A stretch of DNA of 63,142 bases, the filler included, from Sphacelaria rigidula (taxonomy: Eukaryota), in assembly GCA_964200075.2 (NCBI GenBank). It is 10 parts of 10 records of this genome, joined end to end, with 100 filler letters (N's around TTAATTAATTAA, not from the genome) between each part and the next. Parts side by side here need not be neighbours in the genome. Positions count along the whole stretch, not along the records: positions 6,326 to 12,550 come from CAXNAA020021389.1; positions 12,651 to 18,874 come from CAXNAA020021390.1; positions 18,975 to 25,198 come from CAXNAA020021391.1; 7 more parts are not named here. The stretch is one strand, 5' to 3'. Position 1 is the stretch's first letter. Every line of letters begins with the position of its first letter. A program made the position numbers and the translations under genes. The notes under the pieces were generated by a model. It made no database searches, was not told where the DNA came from, and saw only the letters and a program-made list of their open reading frames with translations. Positions 12,215 to 23,390 of this stretch are shown piece by piece.

Positions 12215-12550
12215 TGTGAGGTACGGTTTTCTGTATACCCGGGGTATTTTTCCGGGTATGTACCGTACCCGAGTTCTGTGACTTCTGTAAGACTTTCATA
12301 CCGGTACCCGACAGTTCTGTAATCTCTGTAACACTTTCGTACCGGAACCCGATAGTTCTGTAAGTTCTGTACAATGCATTTACCCGAACCCGAGGGGCGG
12401 GTATACCCGAAAAGAGTTACCCGATTGCCGGTACCGGTCCTCTGTAAGCCTCCCGTACCGTACCCGACGAGTTCTGTAAAGTCTGTAAGACTTTCATACC
12501 GGTACCCGACAGTTCTGTAAACTCTGTGAGACTTCCAAACCGGTACCCGA
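12215..12550. repeat. ~41-bp unit tandem repeat running into the contig end
   Basis: gactttcataccggtacccgacagttctgtaa-ctctgtaa repeated with variants. Confidence 0.8.
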
Positions 12551-12955
12551 NNNNNNNNNNNNNNNNNNNNNNNNNNNNNNNNNNNNNNNNNNNNTTAATT
12601 AATTAANNNNNNNNNNNNNNNNNNNNNNNNNNNNNNNNNNNNNNNNNNNNAATAACGAAAAGCACGGCGATGCAGCGCCCCACTCGGGTACGTCGTCTGC
12701 TCAACCCATCAAGATCTCTCGTGACAATTGTCTTGCTCCGCTATAAAACGGTGCACTGCGAGGAAGCGCGCCACGGCCACACCAAACAACACTTCACAAG
12801 TGCACAGCATCCACAACAAATCTTCGAGACATGCTTCACCTACTGGTAGCTATTGGCAAGTACTACACGACATACGAATTTCGTTTATAACCGAAATGTT
12901 GGGGTCCTAGACGAAGAACTAGTTTCGGGGAATTTCGGCGATCCGATCAGATCAC

Positions 12956-13217
12956 GAGCAATGCTACGGTAGGGGTGCATGTTTTGCGCGAAATTTAGTC
13001 TGGTTCAGGGGCTCCTTAAGATTCTAGATGCACAAGAATATGGGCCAGGGCACCCGCGTTTGAAAATTCATTCGGGACATTCCTAGCACATGAGAATAAT
13101 AGTAATCCTGGCGTACTCTTTCATATTTCATAAGACCTGTTTTGCATTTAGATAAAGGGCTCCTAACAACCCCAACCTCAAAAAAACATTTTGTGCACCC
13201 CTACCGTAGCATCCTTC
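12956..13217 (+). mobile_element. Sola-like MITE family C nested in family D
   Basis: TIR GAGCAATGCTACGGTAGGGGTGCA, TSD TCAC/TCAC. Confidence 0.85.
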
Positions 13218-13344
13218 TCACTTGAATTCCCCCCTAAAACGTTTTTTCTAGACCCCCAACATTTCGCTTATCGAAATCCAAATTTGTGGGGCGTGTAGAA
13301 GTTGTCAATAGCTACCAGTGGGTGAAGAAATGGAAACATGTTTC

Positions 13345-13600
13345 GAGCAATGCTACGGTAGGGGCGCCCTGCTTGCGCGAAATCTTGTCTGGTTCAGGGG
13401 CTCCTTGCGATTCTAGATGCACAAGAATGTGGGTTAGGGCATCCAAGTTTGCAAATCCATTCGGGATGTCCTCAGCACATTGGAATAGTAATCCTGGCCT
13501 GCTCTTACATGTTTTATAAGTCGTGTTTTGGAAAAGATAAAGGGCTCCCGACAATTATAACCCCAGAGAATATTTGTGCACCCCCGCCGTAGCATCAGAC
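13345..13600 (+). mobile_element. Sola-like MITE family C nested in family D
   Basis: Same TIR. TSD TTTC/TTTC splits the family D motif catgtttc|gaagatt. Confidence 0.85.
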
Positions 13601-13775
13601 TTTCGAAGATTTCGTGTGGATACGACGATTCCACTCCTCCGGCTTTTCATCATCAATTAAAAGCTCCATCCTCAATTTCGATGACGGACTGTTCTAACCA
13701 ACGGGGTGTGTGGACTCCGATGCGGTCCGCGAAATACGCGTTCCTCCCGCGCATTCGGATGATTCCGTAAAAAAG

Positions 13776-14107
13776 CACACGCGGTCATTTAACTCCCCTC
13801 TAAACGCCTCCGGAGGAGTGTGCGGCCCTCCAGAGAGAAAACAAGCCTCCGGAGGCCTTCAATCCCTCTGGAGGAAACAAACACTACCGACCTGGAGAAC
13901 CGCGCACCCCTAGGGGGGAATTTAAGGGTATACACGGCCTTCCAGAGGCAAAAATAAGCCTCCGGGGGCGTTTCATCCTTGCGGAGGAAACCAAACACTA
14001 CCGACCTGGAGGGCCGCGCGCCCCTCCGGAGGCGGTTACTTCCTCGGGAGGCTCGAAACGTTTACCCACCTGGAGGAATTTTGGAGGTAGCCAAATGACC
14101 GCGTGTG
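13776..14107. mobile_element. MITE family H, CAC...GTG termini (CMC/EnSpm-like)
   Basis: TIR CACACGCGGTCATTT, 2-bp TSD AG/AG, reiterated internal cctccggagg motif. Copy at 15405-15749 and a partial copy from ~17249. Confidence 0.75.
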
Positions 14108-14214
14108 AGGTGATCGCTTGCTCGACGTTCGTGGGCGGGAGTTGCCGATCAAATGGGTGGTGTTATCTTCAGATGGCTGAGTTGCAACCTACTTCCACGA
14201 CGCTCTTCCTGTTT

Positions 14215-14647
14215 AAACATGGGATTCTACAAATTGGGGATGGATGCTTTATGGGGGATGAAAGTCCGCAGAATTCAAATCTTCGTATCCACACTAATTC
14301 TTCGAATTATGCTCCCATCTCTTCACTTGCTGGTAGCTATTGACAACTAATACACGCCATACAAATTTGGAGTTCGATAACCGGAATATCGGGGTCCTAG
14401 GTGAAAAACAAATTTTGGCGTCCGACCGGACACCTAAAATCCCCCAAAATTGTTTTTTCGCCTAGGACCCCGATACTTGGGTTATCGAAATCCAAATTTT
14501 TATGGCGTGTAGTAGTTGTCAATAGCTACCAGCAAGTGAAGAAACGGAAGTACACTCGGAAGATTTGGTGTGGATACGAAGATTCCGATTCTCCGGGTTT
14601 TCATTCCCGATGAAACATCCATCCTCAGTTTGTAAAATCCCATGTTT
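14215..14647. mobile_element. Foldback family D copy
   Basis: aaacatgggattctacaaattgggg ... gtttgtaaaatcccatgttt palindrome. Confidence 0.85.
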
Positions 14648-14701
14648 ATGGCCTTTTTGCCTGGAGCCTTGCCGGAGGCACCTGTCGGCCTCCGGGATCG
14701 G

Positions 14702-14903
14702 TGTAATGCGTGGGAGGACCGCGTGCTTGGAAGACCGCGTCGTAGTTCAAAACTCAGGATCGATGTTTTTCAAAACCAATCGGGCCAGTCCCTACAGGGA
14801 CCACGCCCATGACCCTTACCCCAACACTAACCCTGACCCTAGCCGTAGGGGTGTCTAAACTCCGATGCGATCCCCTAAGCACGCGGTCGTCTCACGCATT
14901 ACA
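14702..14903 (+). mobile_element. MITE family E copy
   Basis: TGTAATGCGTG ... CACGCATTACA, flanks TCGG/CCGG. Confidence 0.85.
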
Positions 14904-15057
14904 CCGGCACGAGATCTTCGCGTGGCGTGTCTATTGCTTATTTCCTTTATGTATTTTACTCTGCGTTTCCCCTTTTCCGGTTGGTCCTTCATTTATGTTG
15001 ATTATCGTCTACCTTCTCTCCCGTGATCATCATTCTCCTTCCTCAAGTTCCCTTCAG

Positions 15058-16608
15058 CGGGTGATTTTGTACATCCAGCTTCGGTAAGTCCGCCTTATTC
15101 GCACCGCGGAAGTCATGCAGGATCAGTGATTATGCGAAAATCAGTAGTATCGATACCTTCACCCAGGCAGAAACTAAAAACGTCCCACCTGTCCACCCCC
15201 ACCCGTATTCAAACTAAATTTCGAGTTTACGATGCCTCCAGGAAGCTATCATGAGTGACAACAGAGCAGAAATCTCACATTCTGCTGGCGAGGGAGGGAA
15301 AATATGATGATATACAAGTCAGCAATTACAATAAGGTTACCATAATGCGTGAGAGGACCGCGTGCTTAGAGGACCGCATCGGAGTTAGAGCATCCCCATG
15401 GTTAGACACGCGGCCATTTGGCTACCCCCAAAATTCCTCGGGGTCGGTCAACTTCTCGAGCCTCTATCCAGAGGAATGAAACGCCTCCGGAGGGGTGCGC
15501 GGCACTCCAGAGGTGTATTTTTTGGTTTTCTCAAGAGGGATAAACGCCTTTGGAGGCCTGTTATCGCCTCTGGAAGACCGCGCGCATTTCTCCGAAGGCA
15601 TTGTGCTACCCCCGATTCACTCCGGAGGGATGCGCGGCCCTCCAGGTCGGTAGTGTTTGGTTTCCTCCAGACGGATTAAAGGCCTCTGGAGGTTTGTTTT
15701 GCGCATCCCTCGCGAAGTATTTTGGGGTGTAGCCGAATGGCCGCGTGTGACCCCCAACCCTAACTCTAACCATGGTGATGTTCAAATTCTGATGCGGTCC
15801 TCTAAGCACGCGGTCCTCTCACACATTACAGCAGATTCCGCAGGATGGCGAATGCCGCCTGGGATGGAAACGCGTGCGTCTGTAGTATCCCACGCTGCCA
15901 TTGTTTTACTTGTGTGTACCCGTGACTAAGCACCTGCATGCATCATTGTTGATTCGTGAAACGGCAGCAATTTTCTGTCTCCTAACTTTAATTGGCTTGC
16001 TGATTATCCGATTTGTTTGCCACAATGCTTTCGCCACGTCGTCCGCATCACAAGTTCCGATGGACCATCACGCTGATGCCTCGCGTCGACAGCGGGGGAT
16101 ATACCAGACCGCGTTATCAGCTTACTTATTTTACTGTTTGCGGGAGGACAATCCAGCGAATATGCGCGAGGTGATATTTCCGATCGATATTCGCCGAACC
16201 GTTTCTAGAAGACGCGTGATATACTGCTGGGCTCTCAAGGTGGTGCACTGTGATGAACTACAGCATTGGTGTTTTCAACATTTGCCGTACTGTCCACGTA
16301 TTTCTACTCCATTGATACGCCACATGTTCAACCCAGAGAATATCGAGCCTGTCACATGAACCGCTAGGCTGGACACAGGCTGGGCGTTCAAAACACTCGC
16401 GCCGTTCCTGTACTTTCATAAATGTTACATTTGATCGGTCGTGATTGACATCTCACGACGTACACTGCGAGTCGAATGTGCTCTGCTCCTCCGACTACTT
16501 GCTTCTTCTTCTCTTAAACCTGACCCCCGCGCCACGGCGACGATGATCGCAAACCGCCTTTACTCCAGAGAGCTGGCTGGGGAGAACGTTGTTACTGGCC
16601 GCGTGCAG
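15058..16608 (+). CDS. Two candidate small internal exons of an unidentified gene (15058-15083, 16569-16608)
   Basis: Pyrimidine tract + cag acceptors, donors gtaagt and gtcagt. Phases match (26+40 nt), giving RVILYIQLRELAGENVVTGRVQ. Confidence 0.4.
15341..15830 (+). mobile_element. MITE family E variant containing a nested family H element (15405-15749)
   Basis: Family E TIRs at both ends, family H TIRs inside. Confidence 0.75.
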
Positions 16609-16766
16609 GTCAGTGTGGCAAAGTACATTTTCGGAGCTTATTATCAGTATGACGCCCTGACAGAGAGGTAGGGGGATGTTGACACCTGAAAATGACTTGT
16701 GGTAATCGGTGAGACGGTTCCAGCACACCCGTGCGTTTTATCCGTCGCCGCAACTTCTTCCTTGCC

Positions 16767-16897
16767 CAGAGTCACATTTTTCTCGGAGGTCGCTCATTTT
16801 TCTCGGAGATCGGTCGCGTCGACAGAAATACGCAAAGGTTTTCTGCACTTGCCTGGTCTGCGCGAAAAATGAGATCTCCGAGAAAAATGCCACTCTG
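16767..16897. mobile_element. Small hairpin MITE-like element
   Basis: CAGAGTCACATTTTTCTCGGAG ... CTCCGAGAAAAATGCCACTCTG. No clear TSD. Confidence 0.55.
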
Positions 16898-17477
16898 GCA
16901 GTCTTGCAAATTCGGTATCGGAAGTCGATGCGATTCCGGTAAATATCGTCCATACGGCGTATTGAGATCGCCGTTTTCCAAGGAGATATTTGTCGACGGC
17001 ACGGCACAATATTGAGATCGAATATCGGATATCGACACTGTCGAAATTGTGTTGTTGTTCATTTTTGCCGGGGGTGGTAGGCCGCATACTTCCCCTCCTT
17101 TCTTCGCATGCCCCCCGCCCCCCGCCCTTGAAAAAATTGATCGTGTGCTGCCGACGTCGTCCCGTGTTTACTTTGGATAACAGAGGAACCGAGCACGCAT
17201 TTGCATTTACCGCGCATATTCGAGGTTTGGCGCGTTTGTGACTGAATACACACGCGGTCATTCGGCTCGTGTTTGAAAATCTTCTATGGCAATTTTCATC
17301 CTCTCGAGGGTAAAGCGACACTCCGGATGATAAAAATACTCCCTAGAGGGTATTCCATACTCAGTTCCGGTCATAAAACGAATCCTCTGGAGGGCATCTG
17401 ATGCTCCAGTTACTTCTGAGGTCTGGATCCCTACAGAGTACAGAAAATATGGTGGTCTGGAGCACGTGGTGTTTACA

Positions 17478-18874
17478 CAGGCTGGTTCAGGCATATCACC
17501 CAAAAAACACTCATGACACTTTTTACGATACTCCCCCGTCCCAAAAAAAACAGCCCAAAAGTGTCACGAAAAAATGGCCATACAGCGCCTGATGTTGGTT
17601 TCAGGCCGAATGGAGCGCCCCATATTGGCGACATTGGCTAGAACGAAGCTAAGCGTGGGAATTCCCAGCTGCTCGTTGTGTTCGGTTTTTCCCATTTCGA
17701 TTGACGTGAAGATTTTGCCCACCAAAACCATGCACTTTTGGGGGGAGGCTTTCGTAAAAAGTGTCTAATCGGCAAAACCTCACGCCGTTTCAAGGAGTTA
17801 GACGCTGAAATTTTGCATAGATGTTCTATGGGGCAGTATGCAACTTTAGAAGGTCGAGGTTTTTCAACTTTTTGAGTTTTTTCACCGTTTTGGGGGGGTC
17901 CCAGCTCTTACCGGGAAACATCGATCCAATCGGACCCCCGTAAAACGGTGAAGAATAAATCGAAAAAGCTCGTTCATCCAAAGTTGTTTTATGACCCATA
18001 GCACAGCTGTGCAAAAGTTCACGGTGTACCTCCTGATAATGGCGTGAGGTTTTTCGCTTTCGTGCAATGAACTTTGACGTGCCGCAGGGAAACCTTAAAC
18101 TACTTGATTTGAGTACAAAAGCGGCGTTTTTGGGCCTTCTTTGAGGTGAACATGAAAATTCAAGCATCAGTTGATCGATTTTTGCTACAAACATTTGTGG
18201 AACCCTTCCTCGGGTTGTGCGGGGACAGCTCGCTTGCGGAAAAATGAAAAAAAAAAACGTGCCGGTTTTTCCGGGTCCCAGAATGGAAACTGCTTCGAAA
18301 AACAACCTGGACCCCCGTCGGACCCCCGAAAAACGGTGAAAAAATCAAGAAGTAAAAAATCATGATCCAAAGAAAGTGTCGTAGTGATACATAGCATATT
18401 TTCGCATAGTTTCAGGATCTAACTCCCGATAACGGCGTCAAGGTTTGCGCGTTTGTGGAGGACGTGGGCTCGAAACGTGCAACTCCTAACTGATTGGTTT
18501 TAGTACAGAAAAGTCTTTATCGCTGAATTCCACGTCAAGGCAAGAAAACCTGTATGAAGTTCTCGGGTTTCTGCGACAAGCTTTGTACATGTGTTCCTTG
18601 GACGATCCCAGGACGCATCACGTTATTTTTCCTTTAGGGCATTCTGTACCGCCCTCCGGTTGTCTCCATACTGGGACCCTCGGAAGCCGGTAGAGAACGG
18701 AGAAGCTTCGAACTCTTGCCAAGAACACAGTTTTTTCATTTGGAGCATCAATACCTACACAACTACCAAGTGTGAGGGTGATCTGAGCTTTTCGACAACA
18801 GATACAGGGGACACCGTCACGAGGCTCCCTGGGTCTTTCGTGCATATCATTAGTGGAAATTAGACGACGCCAAC
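17478..18874 (+). mobile_element. Non-autonomous Tc1/mariner-type element family F, cut by the contig end
   Basis: CAGGCTGGTTCA left end, colinear with the complete copy at 51336-52835. Confidence 0.8.
17515..17765. mobile_element. MITE family G nested in family F
   Basis: TIR GACACTTTTTACGA...CTCCCCC. Flanks TCAT/TAAT duplicate the empty site cactcatcgg seen in the other F copies. Confidence 0.75.
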
Positions 18875-18974
18875 NNNNNNNNNNNNNNNNNNNNNNNNNN
18901 NNNNNNNNNNNNNNNNNNTTAATTAATTAANNNNNNNNNNNNNNNNNNNNNNNNNNNNNNNNNNNNNNNNNNNN

Positions 18975-19046
18975 AGATATCGGAACGCTTTTTTAATGTG
19001 AAGACAACAACAACAACAACAACAACAACAAGAACAACAACAACAA
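18975..19046 (+). mobile_element. 3' end of a non-LTR/SINE element with (CAA)n tail
   Basis: agatatcggaacgctttttt...gacaacaacaac; same end at 54030-54138. Confidence 0.65.
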
Positions 19047-19107
19047 GGTAAGGGGAGAGAAGTGAGTTGATATCTTGAAACTACGGACCTCGTCCCGACG
19101 AAGGAGA

Positions 19108-19425
19108 GGGGGTGGGGTGTACTCATGATATTGCATGCCGTAGTCATAAGACCGTTGACCTCGCATCCCTACAAAGCCGGGAATGAGCACGCCCGATGTT
19201 CGCCGCACCAGGCTCGCATCAACCACCAAGCTCAAACCGCCGTGCAGTGTTTCGGTGAGTCGTGTGTGGGGTGACCTGCATCCTGCTCGAATGATTCAGC
19301 CCGAGGCGTAGTAATTATAATGCACATGGATGATAGCCTCGGATGGATGGCTTCAATTTCCGGTATCGCCACTTTTAGAGACAGTCACGGATTACACTGC
19401 TTCATGGGTGCCTCACCATTTCAAT
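19108..19425 (-). mobile_element. Poly(C)-associated repeat family A, truncated copy
   Basis: G tract then gtgtactcatgatattgcatgcc...gacctcgcatccctacaaagccggg. Confidence 0.8.
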
Positions 19426-20036
19426 GAAAGGAGCGGCGGCGCTGGGGAAGGGACGGGTTGACTGTCTGACGAAAGACGAAATCACACATAAATTCGATGT
19501 ACGGCGAAACCATGGGAAACTGTGAAATATTTCTTCGGTCACGGAGTTCCATCGCAATGCGACTGCGGGTTTGAGTGTAGCTGATACGTGGCGAAACGTG
19601 GGTTAAATACTCAGTACTGTAACCATATCTAATTCTGTCGAAAGTGTGGAAGTTCAAAATCATGACAGTAGACGGAGAGAGCGGTGGTGACCCAAGACGT
19701 ACACGGCAACGTACACGTAAGGTACAAGAATGTGCTTTATATATATAAAATATACCCCATACACATGCATACATATAGAGTGCGCTTCCTACGGGTGCAC
19801 CCGTTTGTACAATCAGTGCGCAAAGCCTTTCGCCTAACGGGTAATACCGGTATGGAGAGTCACGTTGAAAGCAGCAACGGTTGTTCGCACGAGCTTGCTA
19901 TCGATGAATAACGCCCATTCATACTGCTTGACACTTTTTTCAAACGCGCACCGCGAGTGTGTAGGTTGTCTGACACACCTGTAAGCCCCTCTTTTCGTGG
20001 AAAAAGACACCCCCTTCCCCTCCAATCGTAGCTGTG

Positions 20037-20512
20037 AAACACGTCACTCACTGCGGAAGCTAGGCAACCAGGTTACCATTTTTTTCGCGCGCTTGCGTTT
20101 TTTTTGGCGGTAATCATGATGGTAGTCCAGCTGGATCATGTTGTGCGGCGTGGGAGAACCTCAACTCCACACAATGGGGATGATCGTACTACGTAGTGTT
20201 CAAATGGTGAGACATCCATGAGGCACTGTGTAAGCCGTGGCTGTCTCAGGAAGTGGTGATCCTGGAAAATGAAGCAACTCATTGGAAGCTGCCATTCATA
20301 TGCAAGATGATCGGTACACTTCGGGTCGAAAAATCTTAGCAGGATGCAGCTCGGCCTTCATGCGACTCGCCGAACACACCACGGCGCTTCGCGCTTGATG
20401 ATTGATTGCGAGCCCGGTCCGGCGAGAACCCGGCGTGCTACGTCCCGGCTTTGTAGGGAAGCGAAGTCTATTGTTCTATGTGACCATGGCATGCAAGATC
20501 ATGAGTACACCT

Positions 20513-20545
<33 letters not shown>
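20037..20545 (+). mobile_element. Poly(C)-associated repeat family A
   Basis: Ends catgcaagatcatgagtacac followed by a >30-nt C run. Homologous to 31690-32209 and 54470-55010. Confidence 0.85.
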
Positions 20546-20546
<1 letters not shown>

Positions 20547-21176
20547 TGTTTTGGGTGGCATCTGGGGGTTTCCTCGGTGCCTTCCCTCTCGNNNNNNNNN
20601 NCTCCGTGTCTTCGCAGGGAACGCAACTCTTTCCTCCATCGCGCCCCGGCATGCCAGAATACTACTAACCGCTCCCCCCCCCCCCCCTCCTCCCTGTCGT
20701 AGCATGATTCTGGAGAACATGTGGTCCTATGCACGGTACCTTTCCTGCGGGGTATGTATTCTTGTCGGCAATATTTCACGTTGTGGCGGGCAGTATCAGA
20801 ATAGAGTGTATGACGTCAAACGTTTTTTTCGTGACATGATAATCTACTTCAGAAAACGATTGAGAGTGAGAGACGATCAATCAATGACTGGGATAATATC
20901 ATTTTCGAAATGCTCTTCCGCGCCTCATGCACGCTCTTGTAGTAGCTTGCCACTGAAGCGTTTGGTATCCCTGAGTACGATATCGACGTTTAGCTGTGAC
21001 CATTCGACAGTACTGCAGGCAAATAAGAGCAGACACAAAACGAAAAAATGGTGAACTTCGAGCGGAAAATAAACCTCACTCTCAATCGACGGAAGACTGC
21101 CAACCTCACGAGAACATTGTTGTTACAGAGACTGACTGCGTTGTGGGTCTTGGAGCACCCAGTACTACTCGCATAC

Positions 21177-21254
21177 CTTTCCGTCGTAGATTGCGTCCTC
21201 GAAGGGAGAGCCGCTGGCAAAGATCCCGCGACCCTCTGAATATTTCGCGGCGTC
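21177..21254 (-). CDS. Malic enzyme (NAD(P)-dependent), one internal exon
   Basis: tatag|...|gtatgc, 78 nt, phase 0: DAAKYSEGRGIFASGSPFEDAIYDGK, containing the malic enzyme GRxIFASGSPF motif. Confidence 0.85.
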
Positions 21255-22140
21255 CTATACACCAACAAGCAAAAACAGCGAATCCGTGGGCAACGGATGC
21301 AAAAAAATGCGAAAGAGGAATTCTGGAGAAGCAAAAAGACATCGTAGAAGAACGATCCGACGGATAACGATTGGTCTGAAATTACTCGCGTATTGGTGTA
21401 GTTGACTCGTACCGTACGAACCCATGCTTGGGCCTTGTTCACCGTGCTGCACTGTACACCAGGTACGTGGAAATCGCGCAAACTTTGCGTAGGTACTTAT
21501 TTTTCGCTTTTCGAGCAATCAGGCCTGAAAAGCCGTAGATTTAGGTGGTTCGAATCAGCGATGATCCGCCGGACGCGTGCAGCTGATGAACGATTTGAAG
21601 AGTAAGAAGCGAGCACAACTAGACATTGTCTGTGGAAGCACCAAAACGCTACGGTACATACTGAGTAAAAAACAAGAAAAAGCTCCGAAACCCGTTGAAA
21701 AATGGTTAGAATCACACAAAAAAAGATCACGATACCTGCAGTGCAAAGCTGGAAGATGACAAATACAGCCTCACTTTTATATTTGTTGTTCTTTGACTGA
21801 TAAAAAAAAAACCTCAAAACATTTCATCACAGAGAAAGCAAAGACAAAATGAATGTGGGTGAAAGGAGTGTACACAAACACAAAAACAACAGCAGAGAAA
21901 AAATGGAAAGAAGATTTCTTACTAAGGTATCGTTGTGGCTGCAGTTTTTGAACGGCCATGACAACCGAAATATTTGTGATTGTGTTCAAATCCTAAGCAC
22001 GGAATTTCCACCGAAGAAGTGCGAAACACGCCATTTCCTCGTCCAATGTTGCCACCAATGCAACAAGCAGCGGTTCATATATTTATTTTCGAGCAAGACC
22101 AGCAGGGACCGAACGCAGAAAAAAGCAAGAAAAACACGCC

Positions 22141-22465
22141 AAAAGACATCCACGACATTGTCATAATTCGGATGAAATTATGGTTCTAGGTATGAGTGAC
22201 CTGCAAAAGTACATCCACGAAGTTGTCATAATTCGAATGGAGTTTTGGTTCTACGTATTAGTGACCTGCAAAAGCACATCCACGAAGTTGTCATAATTCG
22301 GATGAAATTTATGGCTCTACGTATTAGTGACCTGCAACAGTACATCCACGAAATTGTCATCATTCGAATGGAATTTTGGTTCAACGTACTAGTGGCCTGC
22401 AAAAGTACATCAACGAAATTGTCATAATGCGAATGAAATTTTTGGTTCTACGTATTAGTGACCAC
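22141..22465. repeat. Minisatellite, 65-66-bp unit, 5 copies
   Basis: aagtacatccacgaagttgtcataattcg...ttctacgtattagtgacctgca; the gtg(a/g)cc anchor recurs at 22196, 22261, 22327, 22392 and 22458. Confidence 0.9.
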
Positions 22466-22599
22466 GTTGTTAGAAGGAAGCCCTGGGTCCGGAACCACAA
22501 CGTACTGACGCTAGGTATCCTCCGAATCAATCTTCCTATTTTACAACTTTTAAGAGAAACGTTAGCTTGACATAAATGTATATAAATATACCCTTTCAT

Positions 22600-23390
22600 G
22601 CAAATATTCCCACAAGGCGGGAGTCTCCTTCACACCAAACGTCGACTTCAAATAACTGAAGATAGATGTAAGATTGACATGAAGGTATCCTTCTGCCCAA
22701 ATACTCTCACAAGGCAGGCGTCTCCTCCAAACCAATTGTTGACTTCAAACAGCTGAAGATAGATGTAAGTTGACATATAGAAATCCCATTGCGCAAATAT
22801 TTCAACACAGCGGATGTCTCCCGCAGACCCAATGTCTATTTCCTGTATCTATAGATAGATGTAAAATTGACATGTGTGCTTTTACGCACGTATTTCAACA
22901 AGACGCATGTGCCCCGGGAATCAAATGTCGACTTCAAACAACTCAAGATAAATGTAAGAAACTGACGTATACATATACCGTGTGTTGTCATTAATGTTAT
23001 TGTTGTCGCTGCTTCCGTTCTTCTTTCCATTCTGAAGCTGTTGCTTCTTTCTTTTTCTGTTCCTTTCCTTATTTCTTATCCCGCTCTCTTTTGCTGCTCC
23101 TGACCACGGGCTGGATTCTTGCAATCTTTTCATAGGAAATGATCAATCAACCAATCAATTATACTCTTTAACAAATATATATATAGACAAGGCAGGCGTC
23201 TCCTGTAAACCAAATGTTTATGTAAAATATCGGAAGATAAATGTGAAATTGACAAAACACATATTTTTAAGCTAACTATTCTAAGAAGGCGACATTCCCC
23301 ACGAACCCAAATATCCCTTTCAAACCAGTGAAGATTATGTAAAAGTGACCATTTAGATACCCGTTTGCTCCAATTATTCTAAGAAGGTGG
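22600..23390. repeat. Degenerate ~96-bp tandem repeat interrupted by a retroposon 3' end (~23030-23160, (TCAA)n tail)
   Basis: Recurring aaatatt...caagg...tctcc...caaatgtcgacttcaaa...gaagatagatgtaa..ttgaca. Confidence 0.65.

Noticed and set aside
22141..22465. CRISPR-like regular repeat
   Set aside because: The whole unit is repeated with no unique spacers, there are no cas genes, and the context is a eukaryotic intron.
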